A DNA stretch of 64,000 nt from Kaistia sp. (GTDB lineage: Bacteria > Pseudomonadota > Alphaproteobacteria > Rhizobiales > Kaistiaceae). Shown here piece by piece: positions 49,521 through 62,144 of this stretch; the first letter of the stretch is position 1; every line of letters begins with the position of its first letter. The translations under genes and the position numbers were made by a program. A model generated the notes under the pieces. It was not told the origin of the DNA, did no database searches, and was given only the letters and a program-made list of their open reading frames with translations. Location: assembly GCA_965227845.1 (NCBI GenBank), contig OZ245770.1:2715017-2779016 (forward strand), given 5' to 3'.

Positions 49521-50006
49521 ATGATGCTCGATCTCATCGAGGCGTCCTTTCTCGAGACCCATCTGCCGACAGGCCAGATCGCGTTGCGGCTCATCGCCGC
49601 CGCCCTGCTTGGCGCCGCGATCGGCGCTGAACGCGAATGGCGCTCGCGGCCGGCGGGTCTGCGGACGCACACGCTGACGGCGCTCGCCTCGGCGGTGTTC
49701 ACGATCGTGATGCTCGAGATCCTCCATTCCGATGCGCTCGGCATGGAGCATGTGGTCTTCGACCCAATCCGTATCATCGAGGCCGTGACCTCGGGCGTCG
49801 CCTTCCTCGCCGCTGGCGCCATCATCCAGAGCCGCGGCCGCGTGAAGGGACTGACGACGGGCGCCGCGATGTGGCTCGCCGGCGCGATCGGCGTTTCCTG
49901 CGGCCTCGGCTATGTCGCGGTCGGTATCATGGCGACGGTCATCTGCCTGTTCGTGATCATCGTTCTGTCGCTGGTCCAGGTGAAGGAGAGCGACGACCAC
50001 GATTGA
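49521..50006 (+). CDS. MgtC/SapB family membrane protein
   Basis: IGAERE, PAGLRTH, DPIRI, GVAFLAAGAI, GLTTGAAMW. Confidence 0.9.
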   Translation: MMLDLIEASFLETHLPTGQIALRLIAAALLGAAIGAEREWRSRPAGLRTHTLTALASAVFTIVMLEILHSDALGMEHVVFDPIRIIEAVTSGVAFLAAGAIIQSRGRVKGLTTGAAMWLAGAIGVSCGLGYVAVGIMATVICLFVIIVLSLVQVKESDDHD

Positions 50007-50089
50007 GTCCGCGGCCGGCCCTTCGTATGACTGGACCAACGCCGGCCGGCGCAAGACCGGCGGCCTTCAGGAAGGGTGGAAGCAATCTC

Positions 50090-50929
50090 ATGAAGATCGG
50101 ATTCTATACGTCGACGCTCGGCGATCGCCCTGTTGACGAGGTGATCGATTTCGCCGCCAGCGAAGGCTTCGACGCCATCGAGCTCGATGTCGGCAGCCAT
50201 ATTCCGACGCCCGGCGATCTCGCGCCGATCGTCGCCCGCGCCCGCGCCAAGGGCCTCTTCGTTTCCTCGGTGACTCTGTTCGGCAACCAGTTGGAGCCCG
50301 ACGAGACCGCACGCGCCGCCTTGCGCGAGCGGACCAAGTCCTATGTCCGCGCCGCCGCCGATGCCGGCGTGCCGATCTTCGTCTATTTCGCCGGGCGCAA
50401 CCCGAACGTCTCCGAAGACGAGAACTATGGCGACTTCGCCGCCTGGTCCAAGGAACTGCTTGAAGCGACTGCAGATTCGCCGATCAAGCTGGTGCTCGAG
50501 AACTGGCCGGGACGGGACAAGAATTTCATTGCCGTCAATCCGGTCGGCTGGCGGAAGCTGTTCTCGCTGGTCGAGGACCCCCGGCTCGGCCTCGAATTCG
50601 ATCCGTCGCATCTGATCTGGCAGGACATCGACCCGATGGCGGCGCGCAAGGAATTCGCCGGCCGCATCGCCATCCTGCATGCCAAGGACACCGTGCTCAA
50701 TCGCGAGGTCATCGAGGCGCATGGCTATCCCTGGTTCCGCTACGTGCTGCCCGGCCGCGGCCTGATCGACTGGCGCTCCTTCCTGTCCGAGGCTCACGCC
50801 GACGGCTTCGACGGCGTCATTTCGCTCGAGCACGAGGACAGCGATTTCGGCTGGCCGAAGAAGGATCTGGAGGCCAGGCGCGAGGGCCATCGCGTGGCGC
50901 TGGAAACGCTGCGGGCGGCTCTGCGCTAG
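50090..50929 (+). CDS. Sugar phosphate isomerase/epimerase (xylose isomerase-like TIM barrel) family protein
   Basis: GFDAIEL, LENWP, FDPSHL, LHAKD, GRGLIDW, SLEHED. Confidence 0.88.
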   Translation: MKIGFYTSTLGDRPVDEVIDFAASEGFDAIELDVGSHIPTPGDLAPIVARARAKGLFVSSVTLFGNQLEPDETARAALRERTKSYVRAAADAGVPIFVYFAGRNPNVSEDENYGDFAAWSKELLEATADSPIKLVLENWPGRDKNFIAVNPVGWRKLFSLVEDPRLGLEFDPSHLIWQDIDPMAARKEFAGRIAILHAKDTVLNREVIEAHGYPWFRYVLPGRGLIDWRSFLSEAHADGFDGVISLEHEDSDFGWPKKDLEARREGHRVALETLRAALR

Positions 50930-51058
50930 CCGGAGCGCCGCGGGGGCGCGGGCGCGGCGAAGCCCGCGCTTGACGCCGGCGGAGACGGGCCGCTCCGCTT
51001 TCCGACTATCCGGCGACGCGCTGCCCTCGACAGGGCCGCGCCGCCGCTCTATTCGGGC

Positions 51059-51718
51059 ATGATGATGATGCTCGCCATCGACACAGCGCTCGAAAACTGC
51101 GCCGTCGGACTTTCGCTCTCCGGCGAGCTACTGGTGCGGGTGCGCGTGATCGGCCGCGGCCATGCCGAAATCCTCATCGGCGAGATCGCGGCGCTGTTGA
51201 CCGAAGCCGGCGTCGGGGCCGACGCGCTGGAGCGGATCGCCGTCTCGGTCGGTCCAGGCTCGTTCACCGGCCTTCGCGTCGGCATCGCCGCGGCCCGTGG
51301 CCTGGCGCTCGTCCGGCGCATTCCCGTCGTCGGGATTTCGACACTCCATGCCCATGCCGCGCATGCGAGCGCGATCGGCAGCGGCGGCAGGCCGATCCTG
51401 GTGTTGCTGCCGGCGCGCGGCAGCGAGGCGTTCGGGCAGCTCTTCTCTGCCGAGGGCGAGCCGCTCGAGGCGGCCGTCGCGGCGCCGGTCGCGCTCTTGG
51501 CCGCGCGCGCCGAAGCCGAGGGGCTGGCCGTCGCCGGCGCCGGAGCGGCCCTTCTCGGCGCCGCGTTCACGCCGCTGCACCTCGACAGCGCGCCGCGGAT
51601 CGAGACGCTGCTGGCGCTCGGGGCCAGGCTCGATCCCGCCGACCATCCGCCGAAGCCGCTTTATGTGAAGCCGCCCGACGCCGTGCCTCAGGCTGGGGCG
51701 AGGATCGCGCGCCGATGA
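51059..51718 (+). CDS. tsaB: tRNA t6A biosynthesis protein TsaB
   Basis: LAIDTA, GHAE, VGPGSFTGLRVG, PLYVKPPDA. Confidence 0.93.
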   Translation: MMMMLAIDTALENCAVGLSLSGELLVRVRVIGRGHAEILIGEIAALLTEAGVGADALERIAVSVGPGSFTGLRVGIAAARGLALVRRIPVVGISTLHAHAAHASAIGSGGRPILVLLPARGSEAFGQLFSAEGEPLEAAVAAPVALLAARAEAEGLAVAGAGAALLGAAFTPLHLDSAPRIETLLALGARLDPADHPPKPLYVKPPDAVPQAGARIARR

Positions 51719-52215
51719 TCGAGACCATGTTCAATCTTTTCCCGCAGTCCCGCATGGTCATCGACGATGTGCGTGGCGAGACCGATGTCGAGGCGATGGT
51801 CGCCATCCATGGCGAGGGCTTCCACCGCGGCTGGGGCATCGACGAGTTCGAGACGCTGCTCGCCGAGCCGACGGTCCGTTGCCTGCTGCTGCGGCGGGAG
51901 ACGGTGTTCGGCACGCGCCGCGTGCTCGGCTTCATCATGACGCGACTCGTTGCCGGCGAGGCCGAGGTGCTGACGATCGCGGTCGCCGCGGCGCGGCGCG
52001 GACATGGCTATGGCCGCCGGCTCATCGACGAAGCGATCCGCCGCGCCTATGCCGAGGGCATCGGCGAGGTGTTCCTCGAGGTCAGCGACAGCAACCCGCC
52101 GGCGCTCGCGCTCTATCGCCGCATCGGCTTTCGCGAAGTCGGCCGCCGCAAGGGCTATTATGCCGAGGGCGGGCCCGGCGGTACTGCGCTTGTCATGCGG
52201 TTGCAACTTCGTTAA
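51715..52215 (+). CDS. rimI: Ribosomal protein S18 alanine N-acetyltransferase (GNAT)
   Basis: EAEVLTIAV, GHGYG, FLEV, GRRKGYY; follows tsaB. Confidence 0.85.
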   Translation: MIETMFNLFPQSRMVIDDVRGETDVEAMVAIHGEGFHRGWGIDEFETLLAEPTVRCLLLRRETVFGTRRVLGFIMTRLVAGEAEVLTIAVAAARRGHGYGRRLIDEAIRRAYAEGIGEVFLEVSDSNPPALALYRRIGFREVGRRKGYYAEGGPGGTALVMRLQLR

Positions 52216-52254
52216 GCGGCACAGAGCCGGGATCGTGCCTCCGGAGGATGCGGG

Positions 52255-52704
52255 ATGAGCCAGCCAGTCGTCGAAGAGAACCACACGCTCGAAATCGCCT
52301 GCGCCGCCAAGGGCATGCGCATGACCGACCAGCGCCGGACGATTGCCCGGGTTCTCGATGCCGCGACCGACCATCCCGACGTGGAGGAGGTCTATCGCCG
52401 CGCCTCTGCGATCGATCCACGCATCTCGATCTCCACCGTCTACCGGACGGTGAAGCTGTTCGAGGATGCCGGCATCATCGAGCGCCACGATTTTCGCGAC
52501 GGCCGCAGCCGCTATGAAACGGTGTCCGAGGAACATCACGATCATCTGATAGACTTGCGCTCGGGCGCGGTGATCGAGTTTCGCAGCGAGGAGATCGAGG
52601 CGCTGCAGGAGGTGATAGCCAAGCGGCTCGGCTATCGGCTGGTCGATCACCGGCTCGAACTCTATGCGGTGCCGATCGAAGCGAAGGACAAGGAACGGTC
52701 TTGA
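52255..52704 (+). CDS. fur: Fur family transcriptional regulator
   Basis: MRMTDQRR, DHPDVEEVY, ISTVYRT, HHDHLID, HRLELY. Confidence 0.9.
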   Translation: MSQPVVEENHTLEIACAAKGMRMTDQRRTIARVLDAATDHPDVEEVYRRASAIDPRISISTVYRTVKLFEDAGIIERHDFRDGRSRYETVSEEHHDHLIDLRSGAVIEFRSEEIEALQEVIAKRLGYRLVDHRLELYAVPIEAKDKERS

Positions 52705-52717
52705 AGGCTCTCACATC

Positions 52718-53554
52718 GTGAAGCTGTCGGTGCGTCTCGTGGTGCTCGTGCTCGTGCTCGCGCTGACGACGCTCCTGTTTCTGCCGTTCCAGCTTCTCGC
52801 CATGCGGTTCTTCCCACGCCGCGCCGGCATCCTGCCGATGGCCTGGCAGCGGGTCGCCGCCTTCATGCTCGGCCTCACGGTCCGCATCGAGGGAACGCCC
52901 ACCACGGCGCGGCCGCTGCTCATCGTTTCCAACCACGTGTCCTGGCTCGACATCGTGACGCTCGGCAGCCTGATGCCGGTTTCGTTCATCGCGAAGCGCG
53001 AGGTGTCCGAATGGCCGGTGGTCCGCCGGCTGGCCCGGCTGCAGAGAAGCGTCTTCATCGATCGGGCGCGGCGCACGGCGACCGCCGAAGCGGGCGAGGC
53101 GATCGCGACCCGGCTCGCCGGCGGCGATGCGCTGGTCCTGTTCGCCGAAGGAACGACCGGTGACGGCGTCTCGGTACTGCCGTTCCGCAGCGCGCTGGTC
53201 GGCGCCGCCGCCAAGGCGAGCAGCAGCGCAGCCGCGAACGACGATGGCAGCGCCCGCGCCGAGACGATCACGATCCAGCCGGTGGCGATCGTCTATACGG
53301 CGCTGCAGGGGCTGCCGATCGGCAGGCTGCGCATGACCGACGTCGCCTGGCATGGCGACATGGACCTCGCGCCGCATCTCTCCAACCTGGTCGCCACCGG
53401 GGCGATCGATGCCGTCGTCGCCTTCGGCACGCCGATGGAGCTCCGCGCCGGCGCCGACCGCAAGCAGGCGACCGCCGCCGCCGAGCGCGAGGTTCGCGCC
53501 ATGGTGCGCCGAATTCGCGCCGAAGGGCGGAAACCGAAGACCGCGGCGTCATAG
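52718..53554 (+). CDS. Lysophospholipid acyltransferase (PlsC family; position matches olsA of rhizobia)
   Basis: NHVSWLD (HxxxxD), FIAK, FIDR, FAEGT. Confidence 0.85.
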   Translation: MKLSVRLVVLVLVLALTTLLFLPFQLLAMRFFPRRAGILPMAWQRVAAFMLGLTVRIEGTPTTARPLLIVSNHVSWLDIVTLGSLMPVSFIAKREVSEWPVVRRLARLQRSVFIDRARRTATAEAGEAIATRLAGGDALVLFAEGTTGDGVSVLPFRSALVGAAAKASSSAAANDDGSARAETITIQPVAIVYTALQGLPIGRLRMTDVAWHGDMDLAPHLSNLVATGAIDAVVAFGTPMELRAGADRKQATAAAEREVRAMVRRIRAEGRKPKTAAS

Positions 53555-53605
53555 AGCGGCAGCCGCGCTTCTCAGAAGCGGCGAAAGAGGCTAGGAAGAA
53601 CGCTC

Positions 53606-55105
<1,500 letters not shown>

Positions 55106-55155
55106 CACCACGCTCGACGACGCCAGGCAGCCCGATTCCGGGCCGGGTTACCGAG

Positions 55156-56181
55156 ATGTCGCACGCCTCGGACCTTGCCCATGTCGTCGTCGGCTTCGAC
55201 GACAACCGCCTGGCCAGCGAGCTGTTTGGCCAGTTCGACCAGAACCTCGCCATCATCGAGAAGCGGCTCGGCATCGAAGCCGTGGCGCGCGGCAACCAGC
55301 TCTCGATCCGCGGCCGGCCCGAAGCCTGTGCGCAGGCGCGGCTCGCGCTCGACCTGCTCTATCTGCGGCTGCAGCAGGGCCACGAGATCGGCCCGGCCGA
55401 TGTCGAGGGCGCCGTGCGCATGGCCGAGACCGCCGACGAGCAGCTGACGCTGCCGAGCCTCGAGCCGAAGGGCCGGCTCGCCATGGCGCAGATCTCGACG
55501 CGGCGGCGCACGATCATGGCGCGCAACCCGGCGCAGGACGCCTATATACGCGCGATGGACCGCGCCGAGATGGTGTTCGGCATCGGCCCGGCGGGAACGG
55601 GAAAGACCTATCTCGCCGTCGCCTATGCCGCCGCTCTGATCGAGCGCGGCGACGTTTCACGGCTGATCCTGTCGCGGCCGGCGGTCGAGGCCGGCGAACG
55701 GCTTGGTTTCCTGCCCGGAGACATGAAGGAGAAGGTCGATCCCTATCTGCGCCCGCTCTATGACGCGCTCTACGACATGATGCCGCCCGACAAGGTCGAG
55801 CGCGGCCTCAGCTCCGGGATGATCGAGGTGGCGCCGCTCGCCTTCATGCGCGGCCGCACGCTCGCCAATGCCGTCGTCATCCTGGACGAGGCGCAGAACA
55901 CGACCTCTATGCAGATGAAGATGTTCCTGACCCGTCTCGGCGAGGGCTCGCGCATGATCATCACCGGCGATCCGACCCAGGTCGACCTGCCGCCTGGCCA
56001 GATCTCGGGTCTCGGCGAGGCGAGCGAATTGCTGCGCGACGTCCAGGGCATCGTGCAGATCCGCTTCACCGATGTCGATGTCGTCCGCCACCCGCTGGTC
56101 GGGCGGATCGTGCGCGCCTATGACGCCGCGCCGAAGCCGCTGCCGCAGCCGCGCCCGGCCCGCCACGGAGCCGGTGCTTGA
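55156..56181 (+). CDS. phoH: PhoH family ATPase (YbeZ)
   Basis: GPAGTGKTYLA, RPAVEAGERLGFLPG, AFMRGRTL, DEAQN, DVVRH. Confidence 0.93.
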   Translation: MSHASDLAHVVVGFDDNRLASELFGQFDQNLAIIEKRLGIEAVARGNQLSIRGRPEACAQARLALDLLYLRLQQGHEIGPADVEGAVRMAETADEQLTLPSLEPKGRLAMAQISTRRRTIMARNPAQDAYIRAMDRAEMVFGIGPAGTGKTYLAVAYAAALIERGDVSRLILSRPAVEAGERLGFLPGDMKEKVDPYLRPLYDALYDMMPPDKVERGLSSGMIEVAPLAFMRGRTLANAVVILDEAQNTTSMQMKMFLTRLGEGSRMIITGDPTQVDLPPGQISGLGEASELLRDVQGIVQIRFTDVDVVRHPLVGRIVRAYDAAPKPLPQPRPARHGAGA

Positions 56182-56696
56182 GCGCCGTCGCGGCAGATCG
56201 CGCGACGTCGGCCGTGCCGATCGCGATCGATCTCATGGTCGAGGCCGGCGAATGGCCGGACGAGGCGCATCTGGCGGCGATGCTCGCGCGCGTGGTCGAG
56301 GCGAGCTTCGCCGAGGCGCGACTCGCGGTCGTCAAGGGCTCGGAGCTTTCCGTCGTCTTCACCGACGATGCGCATATCCGCACCCTCAACGATACCTGGC
56401 GGCAGAAGGACAAGCCGACCAATGTCCTCTCCTTCCCCGGCAGCCCGCCCCGTCGCGGCCGCTTCGGCCCGCTGATCGGCGATATCGTCGTCGCCGGCGA
56501 GACCGTTCGCCAGGAAGCAGAAGCCGAGGAGATCGCATTCGACGACCACCTCACCCATCTTCTCGTCCATGGCTTGCTTCACCTGTTCGGGCATGATCAC
56601 ATAGAAGATGTGGAAGCCGAACGCATGGAAGCGCTGGAAACGGCCATTCTCGGCAGGCTCGGAATTGCCGACCCTTATGCCGAGGCCGTCCCCTGA
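56178..56696 (+). CDS. ybeY: rRNA maturation endoribonuclease YbeY
   Basis: KDKPTNVLSFP, GDIV, HGLLHLFGHDH. Confidence 0.95.
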   Translation: MSAVAADRATSAVPIAIDLMVEAGEWPDEAHLAAMLARVVEASFAEARLAVVKGSELSVVFTDDAHIRTLNDTWRQKDKPTNVLSFPGSPPRRGRFGPLIGDIVVAGETVRQEAEAEEIAFDDHLTHLLVHGLLHLFGHDHIEDVEAERMEALETAILGRLGIADPYAEAVP

Positions 56697-56732
56697 CCGG
56701 GGCAGGCGCAGCTCACACGAACAACTGGACCG

Positions 56733-57710
56733 ATGACCGACACAGACACGCCCGGATCGGGCGCCGACAACGCCCCCGAACCGCCAAGTATCCCCGCCTT
56801 CGCGCCGGAGACGCGCGAGGCGGAGAAAGCCCCTGACAGCTGGTTCGACCGCCTGCGGCATGCCGTGGGCTTCAAGCCGAACGCGACGCTGCGCGAGGAC
56901 ATCGAAGAGGCGCTCGAAGGCGATGGCGCCGCCGATGCCTTCTCGCCGGAAGAGCGGCTCATGCTGCGCAACATCCTGCGCCTGCGCGACGTGCGCGTCG
57001 ACGACGTGATGGTACCGCGCGCCGCAATCCTCGCGCTCGATGTCGACATGACGCTCGCCGAGGTGATCGGCGCCTTCCGCGAGAGCGGCCATTCGCGCAT
57101 GCCTGCCTATCGCGAGTCGCTCGACGACCCGGTCGGCATGGTCCACATCAAGGACCTGATGGACCTGATCACCTCGGTCGCCATGGCCGATGGCGGGATC
57201 GATTTCTCGAAGATCGACCTCAAGGTCAAGCTCGCCGACACCAATGTCGTGCGCAGCGTGCTGTTCGTGCCGCCCTCGATGCCGGCGGCGACGCTGCTTT
57301 CGACGATGCAGGCGAGCCGCGTGCAGATGGCCGTGGTGATCGACGAATATGGCGGTACCGACGGCCTCGTCTCACTTGAGGACGTCGTCGAGATCGTGTT
57401 CGGCGAGATCGAGGACGAGCATGACGAAGACGAGGCGCTGATCACGCCCGAGCCCGACGGCACGTTCCTCGCCGACGCCCGCGCCGATCTCGACGATCTC
57501 GAAGCGGCGCTCGGCGTCGATCTTGCGCTCGGCGACGGTCATGACGACGTCGACACGGTTGGAGGGCTGGTCTTCGGCCTGCTCGGCCGCATTCCGCAGG
57601 CGGGCGAACGGATCGACCTGCCGGGCGGCCTCGCCTTCGAGATTCTCGAATCGGACCAGCGCCGAGTCAAACGGCTGCGGGTGCGGCGGGAGAGCGCTGC
57701 CGCCGCTTGA
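56733..57710 (+). CDS. CorC/HlyC family CBS-domain protein (YbeX)
   Basis: VMVPR, GHSRMP, tandem CBS domains, VIDEYGGTDGLVSLED, CorC_HlyC C-terminus. Confidence 0.92.
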   Translation: MTDTDTPGSGADNAPEPPSIPAFAPETREAEKAPDSWFDRLRHAVGFKPNATLREDIEEALEGDGAADAFSPEERLMLRNILRLRDVRVDDVMVPRAAILALDVDMTLAEVIGAFRESGHSRMPAYRESLDDPVGMVHIKDLMDLITSVAMADGGIDFSKIDLKVKLADTNVVRSVLFVPPSMPAATLLSTMQASRVQMAVVIDEYGGTDGLVSLEDVVEIVFGEIEDEHDEDEALITPEPDGTFLADARADLDDLEAALGVDLALGDGHDDVDTVGGLVFGLLGRIPQAGERIDLPGGLAFEILESDQRRVKRLRVRRESAAAA

Positions 57711-57827
57711 CCTGGAGCCAGCCGGTCGCAACTCTCACGCGGATCGTCTCCGGCCCCTGATTCGCGAGCCAACGCCATTTCGAGATCGCGTTCCAGCCGC
57801 GCGGGGTTCTCCGCGCTCGCCGATGCT

Positions 57828-59411
57828 GTGCTTCTGTCATGGGGCTGGCGTCGCGGCCTGATCGGCATCGGCGCGGGCGCGCTTTCCGCACTCGCCCTGC
57901 CGCCCTTCGGCTTCTTCCCGATCCTTTTCCTGACGCTGCCCGTCCTCGTCCTCCTGCTCGACGGCGCGACGCCGACGCCCGGCGCTGGTTTCCTGCGACG
58001 CCGGCTGCCCGCCTTCTGGACCGGATGGTGCTTCGGCTTCGGCTATTTCCTCGGCGGGCTCTGGTGGATCGGCGCCGCGTTCCTTGCCGATGCCGGCGCG
58101 TTCATCGCGCTGATGCCGCTCGCAGTGCTGTTGCTGCCGGCCGGTCTGGCCTTGTTCTGGGGCATCGGCGCCGCGATCGCCCGTCTCGTCTGGCCGGAGG
58201 GATGGGGCCGCGTCCTCGTGCTCGCCGCCGTCCTGTCGGTGGCGGAATGGCTGCGCGGCCATGTCCTGACAGGATTTCCCTGGAACGCCTTCGGCTACAC
58301 GCTGATGCCCGTTCCCGTCTTGATGCAGGGCGCCGCGCTGGTCGGCCTCTGGGGCATGACGCTCGCCGCCTTCCTCATCTTCATGGCGCCGATCCTCCTG
58401 ATCGACGAGCGCCGCCGCCGCGGCAACCGCATCACCTTCCTCGTCCTTGCGGCGCTCTTCCTCGCCAATCTCGGCTATGGCGCGGTCCGCCTCACGATCG
58501 CGGCCGACACGACGGTTCCCGGAGTCAAGCTGCGCCTCGTGCAGCCGGTGCTTGCGCAGGACGAGAAGTGGTCTCCCGGACGCGACAGCACCGTGCTGCA
58601 ACGCTACCTGTCGCTCTCCGCAACCGGGATGAAAGAAGGCGCTCCGCCACCTTTCTCGATCCTGATCTGGCCTGAAACGGCGCTGCCCTTCTTCCTCACC
58701 GACCAGCCCAACGCCCTCGCGGCGATCGGCGCGCTGCTGCCGACGGGGACGACGCTCATCACCGGTGCGGCCCGGAGCGAACCGGGTGCCGATCCGGACC
58801 AGGCCGGCCGGGTCTTCAACAGCATCTATGTCATCGGCGACGACGGCGTCATCCGCGACGCCTATGACAAGGTCCATCTCGTGCCGTTCGGCGAATATCT
58901 GCCGTTCGACGGGCTGCTTTCCCGCCTCGGCCTGCATCAGATGGTCGCACTTCCAGGCGGGTTCGATGCAGGATCACGGCTCCGAACCTTGCCGCTGGAA
59001 GGTGCGCCCGCCTTCGGACCGCTGATCTGCTACGAGATCATCTTTCCGGGCGCAGCAACCGACCACCGCCTGCGGCCGCAATGGCTTGTCAACGTCACCA
59101 ATGACGGCTGGTTCGGCAATACGCCCGGCCCCTACCAGCACCTGCAGCAAGCCAGCGTTCGCGCGGTGGAAGAAGGACTTCCGCTCGCTCGCGCAGCCAA
59201 TACGGGCATCTCCGCCATCGTCGATCCCTATGGCCGCATCACCGCCCAGCTTGCGCTCGGCGAGGCCGGGATCGTCGACGGATCCTTGCCCGGAGCCCTC
59301 GGGGAAACAGCTTATGACCGCTTCGGAGACGTCCCTTTTGCGGTGGCGATACTGCTGGCAGTCTTGCTCGCAATTCCCGCAGTTTTCACTCCTGCTAAAA
59401 CCCGGAATTGA
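57828..59411 (+). CDS. lnt: Apolipoprotein N-acyltransferase
   Basis: TGFPWN, WPE, KVHLVPFGEY, ICYE, NDGWFG, RAVEEG, ANTGIS. True start uncertain. Confidence 0.95.
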   Translation: MLLSWGWRRGLIGIGAGALSALALPPFGFFPILFLTLPVLVLLLDGATPTPGAGFLRRRLPAFWTGWCFGFGYFLGGLWWIGAAFLADAGAFIALMPLAVLLLPAGLALFWGIGAAIARLVWPEGWGRVLVLAAVLSVAEWLRGHVLTGFPWNAFGYTLMPVPVLMQGAALVGLWGMTLAAFLIFMAPILLIDERRRRGNRITFLVLAALFLANLGYGAVRLTIAADTTVPGVKLRLVQPVLAQDEKWSPGRDSTVLQRYLSLSATGMKEGAPPPFSILIWPETALPFFLTDQPNALAAIGALLPTGTTLITGAARSEPGADPDQAGRVFNSIYVIGDDGVIRDAYDKVHLVPFGEYLPFDGLLSRLGLHQMVALPGGFDAGSRLRTLPLEGAPAFGPLICYEIIFPGAATDHRLRPQWLVNVTNDGWFGNTPGPYQHLQQASVRAVEEGLPLARAANTGISAIVDPYGRITAQLALGEAGIVDGSLPGALGETAYDRFGDVPFAVAILLAVLLAIPAVFTPAKTRN

Positions 59412-59561
59412 CAGTCCGTTTATTGCACTCCATTTTGTGGACGTGGGCCGGATGGATGGCGCCGGAATATTGTCGTCCAGTCATAAGTGAAACCTTGTGC
59501 AATGGTCGGTATTGACCCGACCTGGCATAGCCCTGCGCTATTTCTGGAAAGAGAGCCCTCG

Positions 59562-59972
59562 ATGGTCAATAAGAAAGTACCCAATCCCATCGACGTTCAC
59601 GTGGGAGGGCGGGTCCGGCTGCGTCGCATGATGCAGAACATGAGCCAAGAAAAGCTTGGAGAAAGTCTGGGGATTACGTTCCAGCAGATTCAGAAATACG
59701 AGAAGGGGACCAACAGGATCGGCGCAAGCCGGCTGCAGCATATTTCATCGGTCCTGCAGGTTCCCGTCTCGTTCTTCTTCGAAGACGCCCCCGGCGCACC
59801 GTCGGATCCCGGCTTCGAGGAAGCGCGTCCGGCCGCGTTCGTGACCGACTTCCTGTCCTCGTCGGAAGGGTTGCAGCTCAACCGCGCCTTCGTCCGAATC
59901 AAGGATCCGAAGGTCCGGCGCAAGATCGTTGATCTCGTCCGCGCCGTTGCGGGTGAAGAAACCGTCGACTGA
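59562..59972 (+). CDS. XRE-family HTH regulator (PhrR/PraR-like)
   Basis: PNPIDVHVGGRVRLRR, MSQEKLG, ITFQQIQKYEKGTNRIGASRL; between lnt and metK as in rhizobia. Confidence 0.9.
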   Translation: MVNKKVPNPIDVHVGGRVRLRRMMQNMSQEKLGESLGITFQQIQKYEKGTNRIGASRLQHISSVLQVPVSFFFEDAPGAPSDPGFEEARPAAFVTDFLSSSEGLQLNRAFVRIKDPKVRRKIVDLVRAVAGEETVD

Positions 59973-60164
59973 GCTCTCTGCAGCGGTTGTTCCCGAGCCG
60001 GTCCATTCTCACGATCCGGCCGGTTCGGGAAGTTCGTTCCAACGCAGACGGCAAACCGAAATCGCAACCGTTCGCGCTTGACCGGCCGATCGATCCGATC
60101 GATACCCATGGCTCCGAAAACCGGTGCAGTCCCCGGCTTAGCCGACAGTGTGCGAGGGGTTATA

Positions 60165-61348
<1,184 letters not shown>

Positions 61349-61352
<4 letters not shown>

Positions 61353-62047
61353 ACGAGGCGGGCGCGGGTACGCGCCGCGATTCATTCTACGGTCGGCGCA
61401 AGGGCCACGCCCTCCGCGCCGGCCAATCCGAAATGCTCGATCGGGTGCTGGCGCGGCTGCGCGTCGATACCGGCATGTCGGCGCCGTCCGATCTTCGCGC
61501 GCTGTTCGAGGCCGATGTCGCCGATGTCGCGCTCGAGATCGGCTTCGGCGGCGGCGAGCATCTGCTCCACCGTGCCACCACCGAGCCGGCGACCGGGCGG
61601 ATCGGCGCCGAACCGTTCATCAATGGCATGGCGAAGGCCGCGGCCGCGATCGATGCCGGCCAGCCGGGCAATCTTCGCCTCTTCGACCGCGACGCCGCCG
61701 AACTGCTGGACTGGCTGCCGCCGGCGAGCCTTGCCGTCGTCGATCTGCTCTATCCCGATCCATGGCACAAGCGGCGCCACTGGAAGCGCCGCTTCGTCTC
61801 GGCCGACAATCTCGCCCGGATCGCGCGCGTCCTCCGCCCCGGCGGCAGCTTCCGCTTCGCGTCCGATATCGCATCCTATGTCGACTGGACGTTGATCGCC
61901 GTCACCGCCTCGCCCGACTTCGAATGGACGGCGCAGGATGCCGACGACTGGCGGCGCCCGTTCCCGGGCTGGCCGGGCACGCGCTACGAGCAGAAGGCCA
62001 TCAGGGAAGGCCGGCGCGGAACCTATCTGACGTTCCAGCGCCGGTAA
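61349..62047 (+). CDS. trmB: tRNA (guanine-N7)-methyltransferase
   Basis: [36 protein letters not shown]. Confidence 0.94.
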
Positions 62048-62051
62048 TCGG

Positions 62052-62144
62052 TCACGGACCGACGAGATAGGGGAGAGCGAGCAGCGAGGTGCTCGCCGCT
62101 GTCAGGATCAGAAACGCGGCAAAACGCAAAGCGATGGATTTCAT
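62052..62144 (-). CDS. Putative 30-aa hydrophobic small protein (MKSIALRFAAFLILTAASTSLLALPYLVGP)
   Basis: ATG 62144, TGA 62054-62052; basic N-terminus then one hydrophobic helix; lower-GC intergenic context; no clear SD. Confidence 0.35.
   Translation of the reverse strand: MKSIALRFAAFLILTAASTSLLALPYLVGP

Noticed and set aside
56733-59411. Programmed corC-lnt fusion by stop-codon readthrough
   Set aside because: Being in the same frame has a 1-in-3 chance, and no readthrough signal was recognised. Kept only as a minor alternative in the lnt start finding.
59973-60164. SAM-II or SAM/SAH riboswitch upstream of metK
   Set aside because: I could not find the conserved GTGATTT...TTGCA...GCTAAA or SAM-SAH cores; only a generic hairpin (ttcccga...tcgggaa) is present. 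An Infernal/Rfam scan would settle it.
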